From Alphaproteobacteria bacterium CG11_big_fil_rev_8_21_14_0_20_39_49 (GTDB taxonomy: Bacteria; Pseudomonadota; Alphaproteobacteria; Rickettsiales; UBA6187), in assembly GCA_002787635.1 (NCBI GenBank), contig PCXK01000010.1, forward strand, positions 11,131 to 75,130: a DNA stretch of 64,000 nucleotides, read 5' to 3'. The notes below the pieces were generated by a model, which did not search any database, was not told the origin of the DNA, and was given only the letters and a program-made list of their open reading frames with translations. A program made the translations under genes and the position numbers. This document shows, piece by piece, positions 46,582 through 55,654 of this stretch; position 1 is the first letter of the stretch, and every line of letters starts with the position of its first letter.

Positions 46582-48138
46582 CTAATGCCTGAAATGCCGT
46601 TTACCTGTAAATACCATAGCGATATTATGCTTGTTGGCTTCGGCGATAACTTCTTCATCACGTATTGAACCGCCCGGTTGTATGATTGCGGTAACTCCTG
46701 CTTTTGCCGCCTGTTCAACTCCGTCTGCGAACGGGAAGAAGGCATCCGATGCTAGAACCGAGCCTTTTGCACGATTAGGGTTTTCTTTGCAATCGCCTGC
46801 TTTTATGGCTGCGATTCTGGAAGAATCAACACGGCTCATCTGACCTGCACCCACACCTATACAGGCATTGTTTTTAGTCAGGACTATTGCGTTTGATTTA
46901 ACGTGCTTACAAACCTTGAATGCAAACAGCATTTCTTTTATTTCGTCATCAGTCGGCTTTCTGTCGGTTACAACTTGCAAGTCTTCTTTTGTAGTTTGTT
47001 CATAGTCGCTATCTTGTACTAACAATCCGCCTATAACTGATTTTACCGCTAGCGATTTATTTATCTTATTATTATCACCTGTAATTAGAATCCTTACATT
47101 CTTTTTAGCAGATAATATCTCTTTTGCCTCGTCTGATATGTCGGGAGCTATGATTGCCTCAACGAACATTTTAGCAATATTTTCTGCCGGTTCTGCTTCC
47201 AGTTTACGGTTGAATGCCAGTATTCCGCCAAAGGCACTGACAGGATCGGAAGCTAACGCTTTTTTATAAGCTTCAAGAATATTCTCGCCGATAGCTACTC
47301 CGCACGGGTTGGCATGTTTGATAATAACTGCGGCAGGTTCTTCAAATTCCGATACCAACTGCAAAGCCGCATCAGCATCATTGATGTTGTTATAACTAAG
47401 TTCCTTACCTTGAATTTGAGTTGCGGCAGCTATACCGGTTCCATCATTATATGAGTAAAAAGCGGCTCCTTGATGAGGATTCTCGCCATAACGCAACGGT
47501 TGTTTCAAAGTTGCGGTAAGGTTAAATGTTCGGGGGAATTTTTCGCCTTGCTGCCTTGCAAACCATGTGCTGATTGCCGTATCATATGCGGCAATGCGTG
47601 CAAAAGCTTTTGCCGCCATTTTCTGACGGAAAGCATCTGATGTTGCACCGTCATTTATTTTCATCTCGTCAATTAATTCGGCATAGTCATTATGGTCGGT
47701 TATGATAGTAGTGAAAGCATGGTTTTTTGCGGCGGAGCGTACCATTGAAGGCCCTCCTATGTCTATATTCTCAATAGTTTCTTCAAATCCTGCACCGCGT
47801 GCAACTGTTTCTTCAAACGGATATAGATTGACAATTACAAGATCAATAGGGGTGATGTTGTTGTCCTCCATTGCTTTTACATGCTCCTTATTATCAAGAA
47901 CCGCAAGCAAACCGCCATGTATAGAAGGGTGAAGGGTTTTTACACGTCCGTCCATTATCTCGGGGAAGCCGGTATGCTCTGAAACGTCCTTTACGTTTAA
48001 ACCGGCATCACGCAGTTTTTTTGCCGTACCTCCGGTAGAAAGAATCTCTACGCCATGCTGTTTCAAAAATTGTGCAAGCTCATCTAAGCCTGCTTTATCG
48101 GATACCGAGATTAACGCACTTTTTATCTTTACTGACAT
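46582..48138 (-). CDS. purH: bifunctional AICAR transformylase / IMP cyclohydrolase
   Basis: Trimmed to the ATG at 48138 ([18 protein letters not shown]..). [31 protein letters not shown]. The track extension starts in the ATGAC of a repeat. Confidence 0.95.
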   Translation of the reverse strand: MSVKIKSALISVSDKAGLDELAQFLKQHGVEILSTGGTAKKLRDAGLNVKDVSEHTGFPEIMDGRVKTLHPSIHGGLLAVLDNKEHVKAMEDNNITPIDLVIVNLYPFEETVARGAGFEETIENIDIGGPSMVRSAAKNHAFTTIITDHNDYAELIDEMKINDGATSDAFRQKMAAKAFARIAAYDTAISTWFARQQGEKFPRTFNLTATLKQPLRYGENPHQGAAFYSYNDGTGIAAATQIQGKELSYNNINDADAALQLVSEFEEPAAVIIKHANPCGVAIGENILEAYKKALASDPVSAFGGILAFNRKLEAEPAENIAKMFVEAIIAPDISDEAKEILSAKKNVRILITGDNNKINKSLAVKSVIGGLLVQDSDYEQTTKEDLQVVTDRKPTDDEIKEMLFAFKVCKHVKSNAIVLTKNNACIGVGAGQMSRVDSSRIAAIKAGDCKENPNRAKGSVLASDAFFPFADGVEQAAKAGVTAIIQPGGSIRDEEVIAEANKHNIAMVFTGKRHFRH

Positions 48139-48190
48139 TTTCTGTTCCTGATAGTTTGGTTGTTTCATTCTTTTTCCTTTCGTTTTAGAA

Positions 48191-48258
48191 GTCATACTGA
48201 ACTTGTTTCAGTATCTTTTGTATCTTATAGTAGATGCTGAAATAAATTCGCCCGTGAC
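48191..48258. repeat. family A double hairpin
   Basis: gtcatactgaacttgtttcagtatc (48191-48215) and gatgctgaaataaattcgcccgtgac (48233-48258). Confidence 0.7.
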
Positions 48259-48273
48259 AAATAAGTTTTCATA

Positions 48274-50169
48274 CTAAGCCGCATCTTTTTCAATTTGTTT
48301 ATTATGTTCCGTCAGGTATTGGGGAACTATTTGCAATAATATATCTGTTAAGCCTTTGCGATTTCGGTTCTCACATTCTTTTGCCGCAGCGTCTATTTTG
48401 TTTATGATATCCTGAAAATCAATATCACCTGCAATGGCTTTCATTATGCCTTTATACAGGGTTTCCGCTCTTTTCTCATCATCATAAAATAATTCTTCAT
48501 ATAATTTTTCACCTTCTCGGATACCTGTAAAAGTTATTTTTATATCTTCATCGGGTGTAAAACCTGCCAGCTTTATCATTTGTGCGGCAAGGTCTACTAT
48601 CTTGATAGGGTTGCCCATATCAAGCACGAATATGCCTGATTTATCATTATTTTCATTTTCTATAGTAGATGCCTGAAGCACAAGTTCCACAGCCTCAGGT
48701 ACGGTCATGAAGAAGCGTTCCATGTCGGGGTGGGTAACTGTGATAGGTCCGCCTTTTTCCAACTGGCTTTGGAATAAAGGTATAACCGAACCGGACGACC
48801 CCAAAACATTGCCGAACCTGACCGTAGAGAAAATAGTATCGGAATTTTCTTTTGAATTACCGAGGCTTTGTATATAGCATTCTGCTATACGCTTTGTAAC
48901 TCCCATAAGGGAAGTGGGGTTGACAGCCTTATCGGTAGATATCATTACCATACGGCTTACCTTGTGACGGGTGCATATGTCGGCCAGATTCTTTGAGCCT
49001 ATAACATTTGTCATGAATGCTTCAATCAGGTTTTGCTCAACTATCGGAACATGCTTTAACGCTGCCGCATGAAAAACAATATCCGGCTTATGTTCTTCAA
49101 ATATCTTATCGAGCAATTTATAGTTACGGACATCACCGATAAGTGAAATTATCTCAATATCCTTATCAAAACTTTCCAACTCCTTGTCTATCATATAAAG
49201 GTTATATTCGGATATCTCTAACAGGATTATTCTTGACGGGCGATATCGGCATATCTGGCGTACCAGCTCGCTGCCTATAGTACCGCCCGCACCTGTTACA
49301 AGTATATTTTTGTCGTTAATAAGTGTCTCACGCCGTCCAAGGCTGGGAGTTATTTCAGCACGCCCCAAGAGGTCTTCAATAGCGATAGGTCTTACCTCAA
49401 GCTTGTCTATGTTATCTTTAAGGTCGGATATACGAGGCAGTTTTGCAAGTTTAAACCCAAGCATATCAGACATTTTCAGCAGTTTGGTAACGGTTTCTTT
49501 ATCGAGATAATCCTGTGCCAGTATAACCCTCTTTGGCTGTTGATTCGCACGTTTGAGGCGTTTTATCGCAAGCGGTATGGAGTCAACATCGCCATAGACG
49601 GTTATACCGTGAATTTTTCGCCCCATACGGTTTTTGTCATTATCTATTATACCGACTATCTTATATTCCGAACGTTCACGCCTTGCACATTCCCTTAAAA
49701 AACTTACGCCGTTTTCAGACATTCCTACAAGTAGAACAGGAGTTCTCTCGTCAATTCCGCTTTGCAGGAAGCCAAGGGAAATATCCTTGTCCTTTAACAT
49801 TCGGTAAAGGATTCTGGGGGTGCCTAACATTGTCATAAGTACAAGTATGTTTATTATCAGAACCGAGCGGGGGAAATCCTCCAGACGGTTGAACATGAAC
49901 ATCAGCGGTATGAATATAAGCGTTGCCAGAACTACCGACTTTGCAATATTAACAAGGTCATTAAGCGATGCATAACGCCACACACCCTTATAAAGCCCCA
50001 TAAAGAAAAATACACAGGCACATGAAGCAGTGAATAACAAGATAGCGGGGGTAAGGTAATTATAGCTTGCTGAAAAATTCTCACCAAGCCGCAAATACAA
50101 TGATATTATCAGGCTTGCCGATGCCATAAATATATCATGTAATGCCGCAATATGAGAACGTTTTATCAC
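48274..50169 (-). CDS. membrane-bound nucleotide-sugar 4,6-dehydratase (CapD/PglF/WbpM family)
   Basis: Four N-terminal TM helices. Rossmann VTGAGGTIGSEL. ..FHAAALKHVP..MISTDKAVNPTSLMGVTKR. GTG start shares one nt with the upstream stop (TAGTG). Confidence 0.88.
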   Translation of the reverse strand: MIKRSHIAALHDIFMASASLIISLYLRLGENFSASYNYLTPAILLFTASCACVFFFMGLYKGVWRYASLNDLVNIAKSVVLATLIFIPLMFMFNRLEDFPRSVLIINILVLMTMLGTPRILYRMLKDKDISLGFLQSGIDERTPVLLVGMSENGVSFLRECARRERSEYKIVGIIDNDKNRMGRKIHGITVYGDVDSIPLAIKRLKRANQQPKRVILAQDYLDKETVTKLLKMSDMLGFKLAKLPRISDLKDNIDKLEVRPIAIEDLLGRAEITPSLGRRETLINDKNILVTGAGGTIGSELVRQICRYRPSRIILLEISEYNLYMIDKELESFDKDIEIISLIGDVRNYKLLDKIFEEHKPDIVFHAAALKHVPIVEQNLIEAFMTNVIGSKNLADICTRHKVSRMVMISTDKAVNPTSLMGVTKRIAECYIQSLGNSKENSDTIFSTVRFGNVLGSSGSVIPLFQSQLEKGGPITVTHPDMERFFMTVPEAVELVLQASTIENENNDKSGIFVLDMGNPIKIVDLAAQMIKLAGFTPDEDIKITFTGIREGEKLYEELFYDDEKRAETLYKGIMKAIAGDIDFQDIINKIDAAAKECENRNRKGLTDILLQIVPQYLTEHNKQIEKDAA

Positions 50170-50477
50170 TATTCGCCCTTTTTATAAAAGATGATACCGA
50201 AACGTTTTATATGATTCAGTAAATCCGGGTTGTCAATGTCAGAAAATGACGATAAATCAAGTGTATATGGAATTGGCAAATCGTCAAGTTCGTTACTTAT
50301 CCTGCTCAAAACACTTATATCTATGTTAGTCCCCTTTATTGTAAGGTCAATATCGGAACCTTGTTTAAATGTACCCGTTGCCCTTGAGCCGTATAAAGTT
50401 ACCGATTCTACATCGGGGTATTTTATAAAAACCCCCTTTACCAGCCCTATAGTTTTATCATCTAAACCGAAATTCAT
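50169..50477 (-). CDS. minimal nucleotidyltransferase (MNT/MntA-like, HI0073 type)
   Basis: 102 aa, LYGSRATGTFKQGSDIDLTI (GS..DxD NTase motif). Confidence 0.8.
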   Translation of the reverse strand: MNFGLDDKTIGLVKGVFIKYPDVESVTLYGSRATGTFKQGSDIDLTIKGTNIDISVLSRISNELDDLPIPYTLDLSSFSDIDNPDLLNHIKRFGIIFYKKGE

Positions 50478-50875
50478 CTTTCTTTAGCTTCCAGAACTTC
50501 TTTTAAATTTGTAAGTGCCATGAAATAGCTATTTCGGATAGCACTTACTATCTGTTTTGCGGTTTCCTCATTATATGTATGGGAGGTCATATTCCTGCTT
50601 TGTATCATCTGCATCCAGATATCGCCGTCTTTAATCAGGTTTAGCCTGAACGCCTCACGTGTGGCATCTTTTGAGCCGTATATTTCGGTATTACCGCTGC
50701 TTTTTAAAAAATCAGCCAAAGTTTTCCATGCCAGCTCATGAGTATATTCAAATGCCTGAATAATTCCCTGTTCCTCAAGCTTGTTCAAATTCTGCTTTTT
50801 TATAAAATCAGATAGTTGTGACAATGCTTTCTTATAATTTGCAAAACGCTGCTGCCATCGAATATCTTTATTCAT
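50474..50875 (-). CDS. HI0074-family nucleotidyltransferase substrate-binding (HEPN-like) protein
   Basis: Trimmed to the ATG at 50875 (MNKDIRWQQRFANYKKAL..). QAFEYTHELAWKTLADFL. Rx4H motif in SRNMTSHTY. 4-nt ATGA overlap with the MNT gene. Confidence 0.8.
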   Translation of the reverse strand: MNKDIRWQQRFANYKKALSQLSDFIKKQNLNKLEEQGIIQAFEYTHELAWKTLADFLKSSGNTEIYGSKDATREAFRLNLIKDGDIWMQMIQSRNMTSHTYNEETAKQIVSAIRNSYFMALTNLKEVLEAKER

Positions 50876-51017
50876 AACATTTATATCTTTAAATTTGAAA
50901 ACTTGTAATAACACAGATACATAAAAATTACAATAAAGTATTTCCTTTTTAAAGCTATACTGGTTTTTTTTGAAAAGGTGGTTATTATACTATCGGTCAA
51001 AAAAACAAAGGACGCTC

Positions 51018-52349
51018 ATGAAAAAAATATTCAGCTTCATTATAATTATATTGCTGGGTTTTTACCCTAAAGTTTCAATAGCAAAAAGTTTCGGGGCAAA
51101 AGGTTTCACACTTGATAACGGTATGCAGGTGGTAGTTATACCAAATACAAAAGTTTCCGCCGTCTCCCATATGGTCTGGTATAAAATAGGTGCAGTGGAC
51201 GAACCGCTAGGGAAAAGCGGTATAGCACATTTTCTGGAACATCTGATGTTCAAGGGTACTACACGCTACGGCAAGGGCGAGTTTTCAAAGACTATCGCAA
51301 AATCAGGAGGTGATGATAACGCTTTTACCGGTTATGACTATACTGCATATTTCCAGAATATCTCACGTGATAAGCTTGAACTGGTAATGGATATGGAATC
51401 AGACCGCATGGAAAACCTTATACTTGATGAAAAAGAGGTGTTGACCGAACGTGATGTTATATTAGAAGAACGCTCTGCAAGGGTAGATAACAAGCCTTCC
51501 TCGGTTATCGCCGAACAGATGCGTGCGGCATTATACAGGAATCACCCGTACGGAACTCCGCTTATCGGCTGGAGGCATGAAATTGCGGCTCTTACACCTG
51601 AGGACGCACAAAACTGGTATGATAAGTATTACGCACCCAACAATGCTGTTTTAGTAGTATCAGGCGATATTACCGAAAAAGAATTAAAGCCGCTGGCGGA
51701 AAAATATTACGGTAAAATAAAAACAAAAAAAACACCCCAAAGGATTATGGTTAGTGAACCTACGGATAATTTTGCGGCTATTAATATCAGTCTTGCAGAT
51801 GAAAAAGTGACCCGTCCGGAATGGAGCAGGTATTATATAGCTCCAAGCCTGAATACCGATGAAAAAGGAATGACATATCCGCTGGTGTTACTTTCATATA
51901 TTCTGGCGGAAAGCGATACCGGCAGGCTATACCAAAATCTTGTGGTTGAACAGGAGATTGCCGTAAGTGTTTCCGGTTACTATAACGATCTTCAGTTGGG
52001 GGAATCTTTTTTCGGGATTTATGCTATTCCGTCAGATAAAAGTAATATAGAGCAGATAGAAAAAGAAATTGAAAAGCAAATTGAAAATATTAAGCAAAAC
52101 GGCGTAACTGAAGACGAGTTAAAAAGAGCCAAGAACGCACTTATAGCAGAAACTATATATGCTAGGGAGGATTTAAAAACTCTGGCATATCTGTATGGTC
52201 AAATGATGGCAACAGGCGTTGGAATGGAATATGCCGATAACTGGGAAAAAAATATTGAGAAGGTTACCGCAAAGCAGGTGCAGGACGCAGCTATGGAAGT
52301 TTTACAAATTGACAGATCGGTTACCGGTTATCTGACACCGAAGGGGTAG
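51018..52349 (+). CDS. M16-family zinc peptidase (pitrilysin-like)
   Basis: Trimmed to the ATG at 51018 (signal peptide MKKIFSFIIIILLGFYPKVSIA). Inverted zinc motif HFLEHLMFKGT and downstream E residues. Confidence 0.87.
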   Translation: MKKIFSFIIIILLGFYPKVSIAKSFGAKGFTLDNGMQVVVIPNTKVSAVSHMVWYKIGAVDEPLGKSGIAHFLEHLMFKGTTRYGKGEFSKTIAKSGGDDNAFTGYDYTAYFQNISRDKLELVMDMESDRMENLILDEKEVLTERDVILEERSARVDNKPSSVIAEQMRAALYRNHPYGTPLIGWRHEIAALTPEDAQNWYDKYYAPNNAVLVVSGDITEKELKPLAEKYYGKIKTKKTPQRIMVSEPTDNFAAINISLADEKVTRPEWSRYYIAPSLNTDEKGMTYPLVLLSYILAESDTGRLYQNLVVEQEIAVSVSGYYNDLQLGESFFGIYAIPSDKSNIEQIEKEIEKQIENIKQNGVTEDELKRAKNALIAETIYAREDLKTLAYLYGQMMATGVGMEYADNWEKNIEKVTAKQVQDAAMEVLQIDRSVTGYLTPKG

Positions 52350-52384
52350 TTTTTGATATTATATAAAAGTGGGCGGTTAAAGAA

Positions 52385-53098
52385 ATGAAAATGACAAAAT
52401 ATCAGATCTTATACTTAGTCATATTCTCTGCAATAGCAGCGTTATTTTTGTATTATCCGCAATTAGACCTTTATGTTTCAGGTTTGTTTTTCCATGAAAA
52501 AGTAAATATGATAAGTGATGAGCCTATGGTGTTTGGCTTTTTCTTGGGTAAAAATCCCGTATTTGCATTTTTACGTGAATCGGTAAAGTATGTAACTATC
52601 TGCATAGCGGTTTTTTTATTTTTCATGCTGGGTTTGAACTATTTAAAAAAATCTGACATTCTTGGGTTTACAAAAAAAAAGATAGCTTACCTGATATTAT
52701 GCTTGGCAGTAGGTCCCGGACTTGTCGTAAATGCCATATTCAAGGATAACTGGGGCAGGGCAAGACCGCATCAGGTAGAGAATTTTAGCGGTAAGAAAGA
52801 ATTTACACCTCCTTTTATAATGACTGACCAGTGCGAAAGAAACTGTTCATTTACATCGGGTGACCCGTCCGTAGGTTTCTTCTTTTTCTCATTTGCTTTT
52901 GCATTTCCAAAAAGAAGAAAGCAGTTTGCTATCCTTGCAACAATGCTGGGTAGTGTTTATGGGGTTACCAGAATAGTGCAGGGTGCGCACTTTTTAAGCG
53001 ATGTTATTTTCTCAGGATTATTTGTTCTTGGAATGTGCCATGTGTTGCATAAGTTGATGTTTAGGGAGGAAAAAGAGAACATTGAAAAAACCCCCTGA
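52385..53098 (+). CDS. PAP2-family membrane phosphatase (lipid A phosphatase-like)
   Basis: About 6 TM. C1 motif KDNWGRARP. C3 motif TRIVQGAHFLSD. The C2 position reads SFTSGDPS (Asp where PSGH normally has His). Confidence 0.78.
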   Translation: MKMTKYQILYLVIFSAIAALFLYYPQLDLYVSGLFFHEKVNMISDEPMVFGFFLGKNPVFAFLRESVKYVTICIAVFLFFMLGLNYLKKSDILGFTKKKIAYLILCLAVGPGLVVNAIFKDNWGRARPHQVENFSGKKEFTPPFIMTDQCERNCSFTSGDPSVGFFFFSFAFAFPKRRKQFAILATMLGSVYGVTRIVQGAHFLSDVIFSGLFVLGMCHVLHKLMFREEKENIEKTP

Positions 53099-53115
53099 AA
53101 TAAATTCAGGGTGAC
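53091..53115. repeat. family A solo hairpin CCCCCTGAAATAAATTCAGGGTGAC carrying both convergent stop codons
   Basis: The TGA at 53096-53098 ends the PAP2 gene. The TCA at 53106-53108 is the TGA of the minus-strand glycosyltransferase gene. Confidence 0.8.
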
Positions 53116-54620
53116 ATTTCATTATTTACAGCATCATATCCTTTAAAGCCCTTCAGGTAGTAAAAATAAAAATCTATATCAAAATCATTATAAAGGGGAA
53201 TATGCACGTTGCCGACTCTTTCTATCGATTCAAAATAATTATTCATTTTGTCAGCGGAATCATTAGCAGTTATATATAAAAAGTCTTTTGTTGTAGCATC
53301 TGTTATATCGGTAGTAACTTCAAAATGGTCGCCACGGTTTCCTGTCGGGTTCCATTTTACCGCATCATATGCACGGGGTCTTGCGTAATATAGTAATTCC
53401 GAATGAATCTTGCGTGAATCGGTAAGAACGGTAGCAGAAGGGTATGAGTCTAATAATACTATAACGCCCTGCCCCAGTTCTTCCCAGCCATGCACTCGTT
53501 TAAACGGGTCTTTTATAAACAATTTCCCGTCCTCTATTTTTGTCTTGCGACCTGATATTTCAACATTGGGAATATTACCTAATTTATAAAAATTAGTAAG
53601 CAAAGCCGCTGCAAAAACGTGAATGGCAAATGATGCTATAATCAGCTTTTTACGGTTATTTTGCAAAAGGTAAGCACACACCAGAACCGTTGCCGGAACA
53701 TATATGGGAGCCGCCCAGTTGGCATGCGCTCTAGATAACAGGCTAACGGCGGTTATCACAAGCAAAAGAGGCAGGATAAAACATAAAAGCAGCTTTGTTG
53801 CGTCATCAGCCTTACAGTTTTTAATCACTTTAAATAATATGAACAACAAAGTTCCGAAAAATATAGGACCGAACACCCCGAGCTGCGACCCTAAAAATTC
53901 AAACATATTATCAAAATGCAACGAAAAACCTCCACCTTGGGCGTTGTCTTTTGTGTGCAGGAAGCTTACAAGACCGTTATTGAAATTCCATATAACATTG
54001 GGCAGAAATATCAAACCGGCAATAACACATGCCGTCCAGAAACCCTTGCCTTTGAGATGCTTCCTGTTATCGGGTGACAAGAACATGTAAAGCATCGCAG
54101 ATAATAAAAATAACAGCATGTTATATTTACTCATCATACCCAGACCAGCCATAATTCCGGCTGTTATCCAGTGTTTATAGCTGTTTTGTCTAACGGCTTT
54201 TATGAAGAATAATAGTGATAATGCATAAAAGGTAAGAAGCGGCGAGTCGGTTGATATCAGGGCTGAGGATACCGAAACAGCAGGCAAAGTTGCGTAAGCA
54301 AGACCGCTAAACATTGCCGTTTTTTCGTCCTTATATAATTCCCGTGCTATACAATATATAGTAACCGAAGTAATAAAATGCAGCAAAGGTGAGGCAAGCC
54401 TTACACACCCCTCCGTATCGCCGCATATGCTCGTAGTAAGCGATATTAGCCATGCTACCATTGGCGGTTTGGAATAATAGCCCCAGTCAAATGTTTGCGA
54501 CCAATACCAGTATTGTGCCTCGTCAAAAAACAGGTTGAACTCTTCTAGCGACAGATAATATATCCTATAAGCCGTAATTGCGGCAGTCAGTATGAAAAAT
54601 ATTTTTATTTCTCTTGTCAT
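53106..54620 (-). CDS. ArnT-like (GT39/GT83) undecaprenyl-phosphate-sugar dependent glycosyltransferase
   Basis: 504 aa, more than 10 TM. N-terminal FFDEAQYWYWSQTFDWGYYSKPPMVAWL (the DE..YW / periplasmic loop signature of the PMT_2 / ArnT family). Confidence 0.8.
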   Translation of the reverse strand: MTREIKIFFILTAAITAYRIYYLSLEEFNLFFDEAQYWYWSQTFDWGYYSKPPMVAWLISLTTSICGDTEGCVRLASPLLHFITSVTIYCIARELYKDEKTAMFSGLAYATLPAVSVSSALISTDSPLLTFYALSLLFFIKAVRQNSYKHWITAGIMAGLGMMSKYNMLLFLLSAMLYMFLSPDNRKHLKGKGFWTACVIAGLIFLPNVIWNFNNGLVSFLHTKDNAQGGGFSLHFDNMFEFLGSQLGVFGPIFFGTLLFILFKVIKNCKADDATKLLLCFILPLLLVITAVSLLSRAHANWAAPIYVPATVLVCAYLLQNNRKKLIIASFAIHVFAAALLTNFYKLGNIPNVEISGRKTKIEDGKLFIKDPFKRVHGWEELGQGVIVLLDSYPSATVLTDSRKIHSELLYYARPRAYDAVKWNPTGNRGDHFEVTTDITDATTKDFLYITANDSADKMNNYFESIERVGNVHIPLYNDFDIDFYFYYLKGFKGYDAVNNEMSP

Positions 54621-54673
54621 AGGCTTTATTGTGTCTCTAGTTAATAAAAGTAAGTCATATAGATATGCTATTG

Positions 54674-54808
54674 CTAACTAAACATAGTTTTTGTCATACT
54701 GAATTTATTTCAGTATCTTTTTTATCTCAGAGTAGATGCTGAAACAAGTTCAGCATGACAAAAATATTAAAAATTTTGATATGAAATACAAAAACTAAGT
54801 TTAGTTAG
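54674..54808. mobile_element. family A-type double hairpin with TIRs ctaactaaacatagttttt / aaaaactaagtttagttag
   Basis: gtcatactgaatttatttcagtatc (54693-54717) and gatgctgaaacaagttcagcatgac (54735-54759), bounded by 19-nt inverted repeats. Confidence 0.8.
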
Positions 54809-54820
54809 AAATATAATAAT

Positions 54821-55582
54821 CTATATAATTCCGACTTCAGGGGAGGACGCAGCCGCATATTCCTTTTTTGCCATTCGCCCTGCTAAATATGCAAGCCTTC
54901 CTGCTTCCACCGCTTTTTTCATCGCTTTTGCCATCAACACGGAGTTGTCGGCATCGGATATTGCCGTGTTCATCAATACGCCATCACAGCCCAATTCCAT
55001 AGCGATAGCCGCATCTGAGGCTGTGCCTACTCCTGCATCTACCAATACGGGTATTGAGGCGTTTTGTACAATTATCCTTATATTAAGAGGGTTCTGTATG
55101 CCAAGACCAGACCCTATAGGAGCGGCAAGAGGCATGATAGCCACACAGCCAAGCTCTTCGAGTTTTTTTGCGTAGATAGGGTCATCGTTGCAATATACCA
55201 TTATTTCAAAGCCTTCTTCTACCAGAATTTTAGCCGCTTTTAATGTTTCTTCCATGTCCGGGTATAGGGTGGTTTTGTCACCTATAACTTCCAGCTTCAC
55301 CAGATTTCCGCCGCCTGCCGCCTTGGCAAGGCGTAGAGTCCTTACGGCCTCATCGGCAGTATAACAGCCTGCCGAGTTCGGAAGATATGTAAATTCCGAT
55401 TTAGGTAAATAATCCTGAATGCTTTTTTGTTCCGCCACATCAATACGGCGTACTGCAACGGTTATTATTTCGGCTCCGCTTGCACGTATAGCGTCCCTTG
55501 TTTCCTCCAGTGATGCATATTTTCCTGTTCCGACCAAAAGGCGTGAGTTAAATTCTTTACCTGCTATTATAAATTTGTCCAT
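54821..55582 (-). CDS. thiG: thiazole synthase
   Basis: 253 aa, [54 protein letters not shown]. Confidence 0.94.
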   Translation of the reverse strand: MDKFIIAGKEFNSRLLVGTGKYASLEETRDAIRASGAEIITVAVRRIDVAEQKSIQDYLPKSEFTYLPNSAGCYTADEAVRTLRLAKAAGGGNLVKLEVIGDKTTLYPDMEETLKAAKILVEEGFEIMVYCNDDPIYAKKLEELGCVAIMPLAAPIGSGLGIQNPLNIRIIVQNASIPVLVDAGVGTASDAAIAMELGCDGVLMNTAISDADNSVLMAKAMKKAVEAGRLAYLAGRMAKKEYAAASSPEVGII

Positions 55583-55654
55583 AGTGATTTCTTTCGTATT
55601 TTTATGTATTTTGAAAGCACTATAGCAAAAATATATTTTTTATAAACAATACAT

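Noticed and set aside
55583-55654. TPP riboswitch upstream of thiG
   Set aside because: The spacer is only 72 nt. It is extremely AT-rich and lacks the CTGAGA / ACCTGATCTGGATAATGCCAGCG-type conserved cores.
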